Part shown: positions 63,652-64,000 of the stretch, in pieces
Layout: every line of letters starts with the position of its first letter
How positions within the stretch are numbered: position 1 is the first letter of the stretch
Assembly (NCBI GenBank): GCA_050248855.1
Contig: JBFWRP010000006.1
Span: 133,514-197,513, forward strand
Length of the DNA stretch: 64,000 nt
Reading direction: 5' to 3'
Source of the DNA: Planctomycetota bacterium
GTDB taxonomy: Bacteria; Planctomycetota; PLA2; JAEUHO01
Program-made: the position numbers and the translations under genes
Notes under the pieces: generated by a model
Database searches by the model: none
Told to the model about the DNA's origin: nothing
The model's input: the letters and a program-made list of their open reading frames with translations, nothing else

Positions 63652-63972
63652 ATGGCTACAGCGTGGATCTACTGGCGAACGAGCAAGGGGGGCGCGAGGC
63701 TCGCCTCGGTCCGTTGGTACGGGGAGGACGGCCGTCAGCGCTCGCAGGCGCTCGGGACCAGCGACGAGCGCGTCGCCGAGGTCTTCCGGAAGGCCAAGGA
63801 GCGAGAGCTTGGCACCCCGAGCCGCAGGGGCCGCTCGCCCTACGCGACCGTCCAGGAGGCCGTCAGGGCCTTCCTAGGAGCCTGCGCCACAGATCGCGTG
63901 CACGGCGCCACCCCCGTCCTGCAGCTCGGATTCCTGGATTCCAGCTTCGGCGAAGCACGTGAATCGGCTTGA
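63652..63972 (+). pseudogene. Truncated integrase N-terminus next to tRNA-Leu
   Basis: VRWYGEDGRQRSQALGT...A...K...TVQEAVRAFL, then an early stop; RBS GGAGG. Confidence 0.55.
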
Positions 63973-64000
63973 ACGCCCTTTCGCTCGGTCGGCGCGGGCT

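Overview
High-GC bacterial chromosome segment. The many HEAT, VWA and prenyltransferase-repeat exported proteins suggest Planctomycetota, which is an inference. Housekeeping content: rnpB, kynU-kynB-DUF4863, recQ, an HtrA pair, glpX, maeB, mutY, a CoA-transferase, purD, fur, tadA, metH, an FNT transporter, a Ser/Thr kinase and six tRNAs (Gln, Glu, Pro, Arg, Ser, Leu). The main accessory feature is an ~18.65 kb element integrated in tRNA-Ser(CGA), bounded by a 68-bp direct repeat (33439-33506 / 52092-52159). It encodes an integrase, a second tyrosine recombinase with a dif-like site, three Xis/AlpA-like proteins, a phage-type initiator plus DnaB helicase, possible tape-measure-like and tail-hub-like genes, and three candidate toxin/defence cargos (HEPN-motif protein, class III cyclase-like protein plus a small TM protein, HipA-like kinase plus DUF3037). 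I recognise no capsid, portal or terminase gene, so it looks like a phage satellite. Other notable items: a dispersed structured repeat with compensatory base changes, tandem duplications of tRNA 3' ends, two metallothionein-like lipoproteins, and an active HtrA coupled to a partner carrying two catalytically dead protease domains. All calls come from reading motifs by eye. No searches were run.
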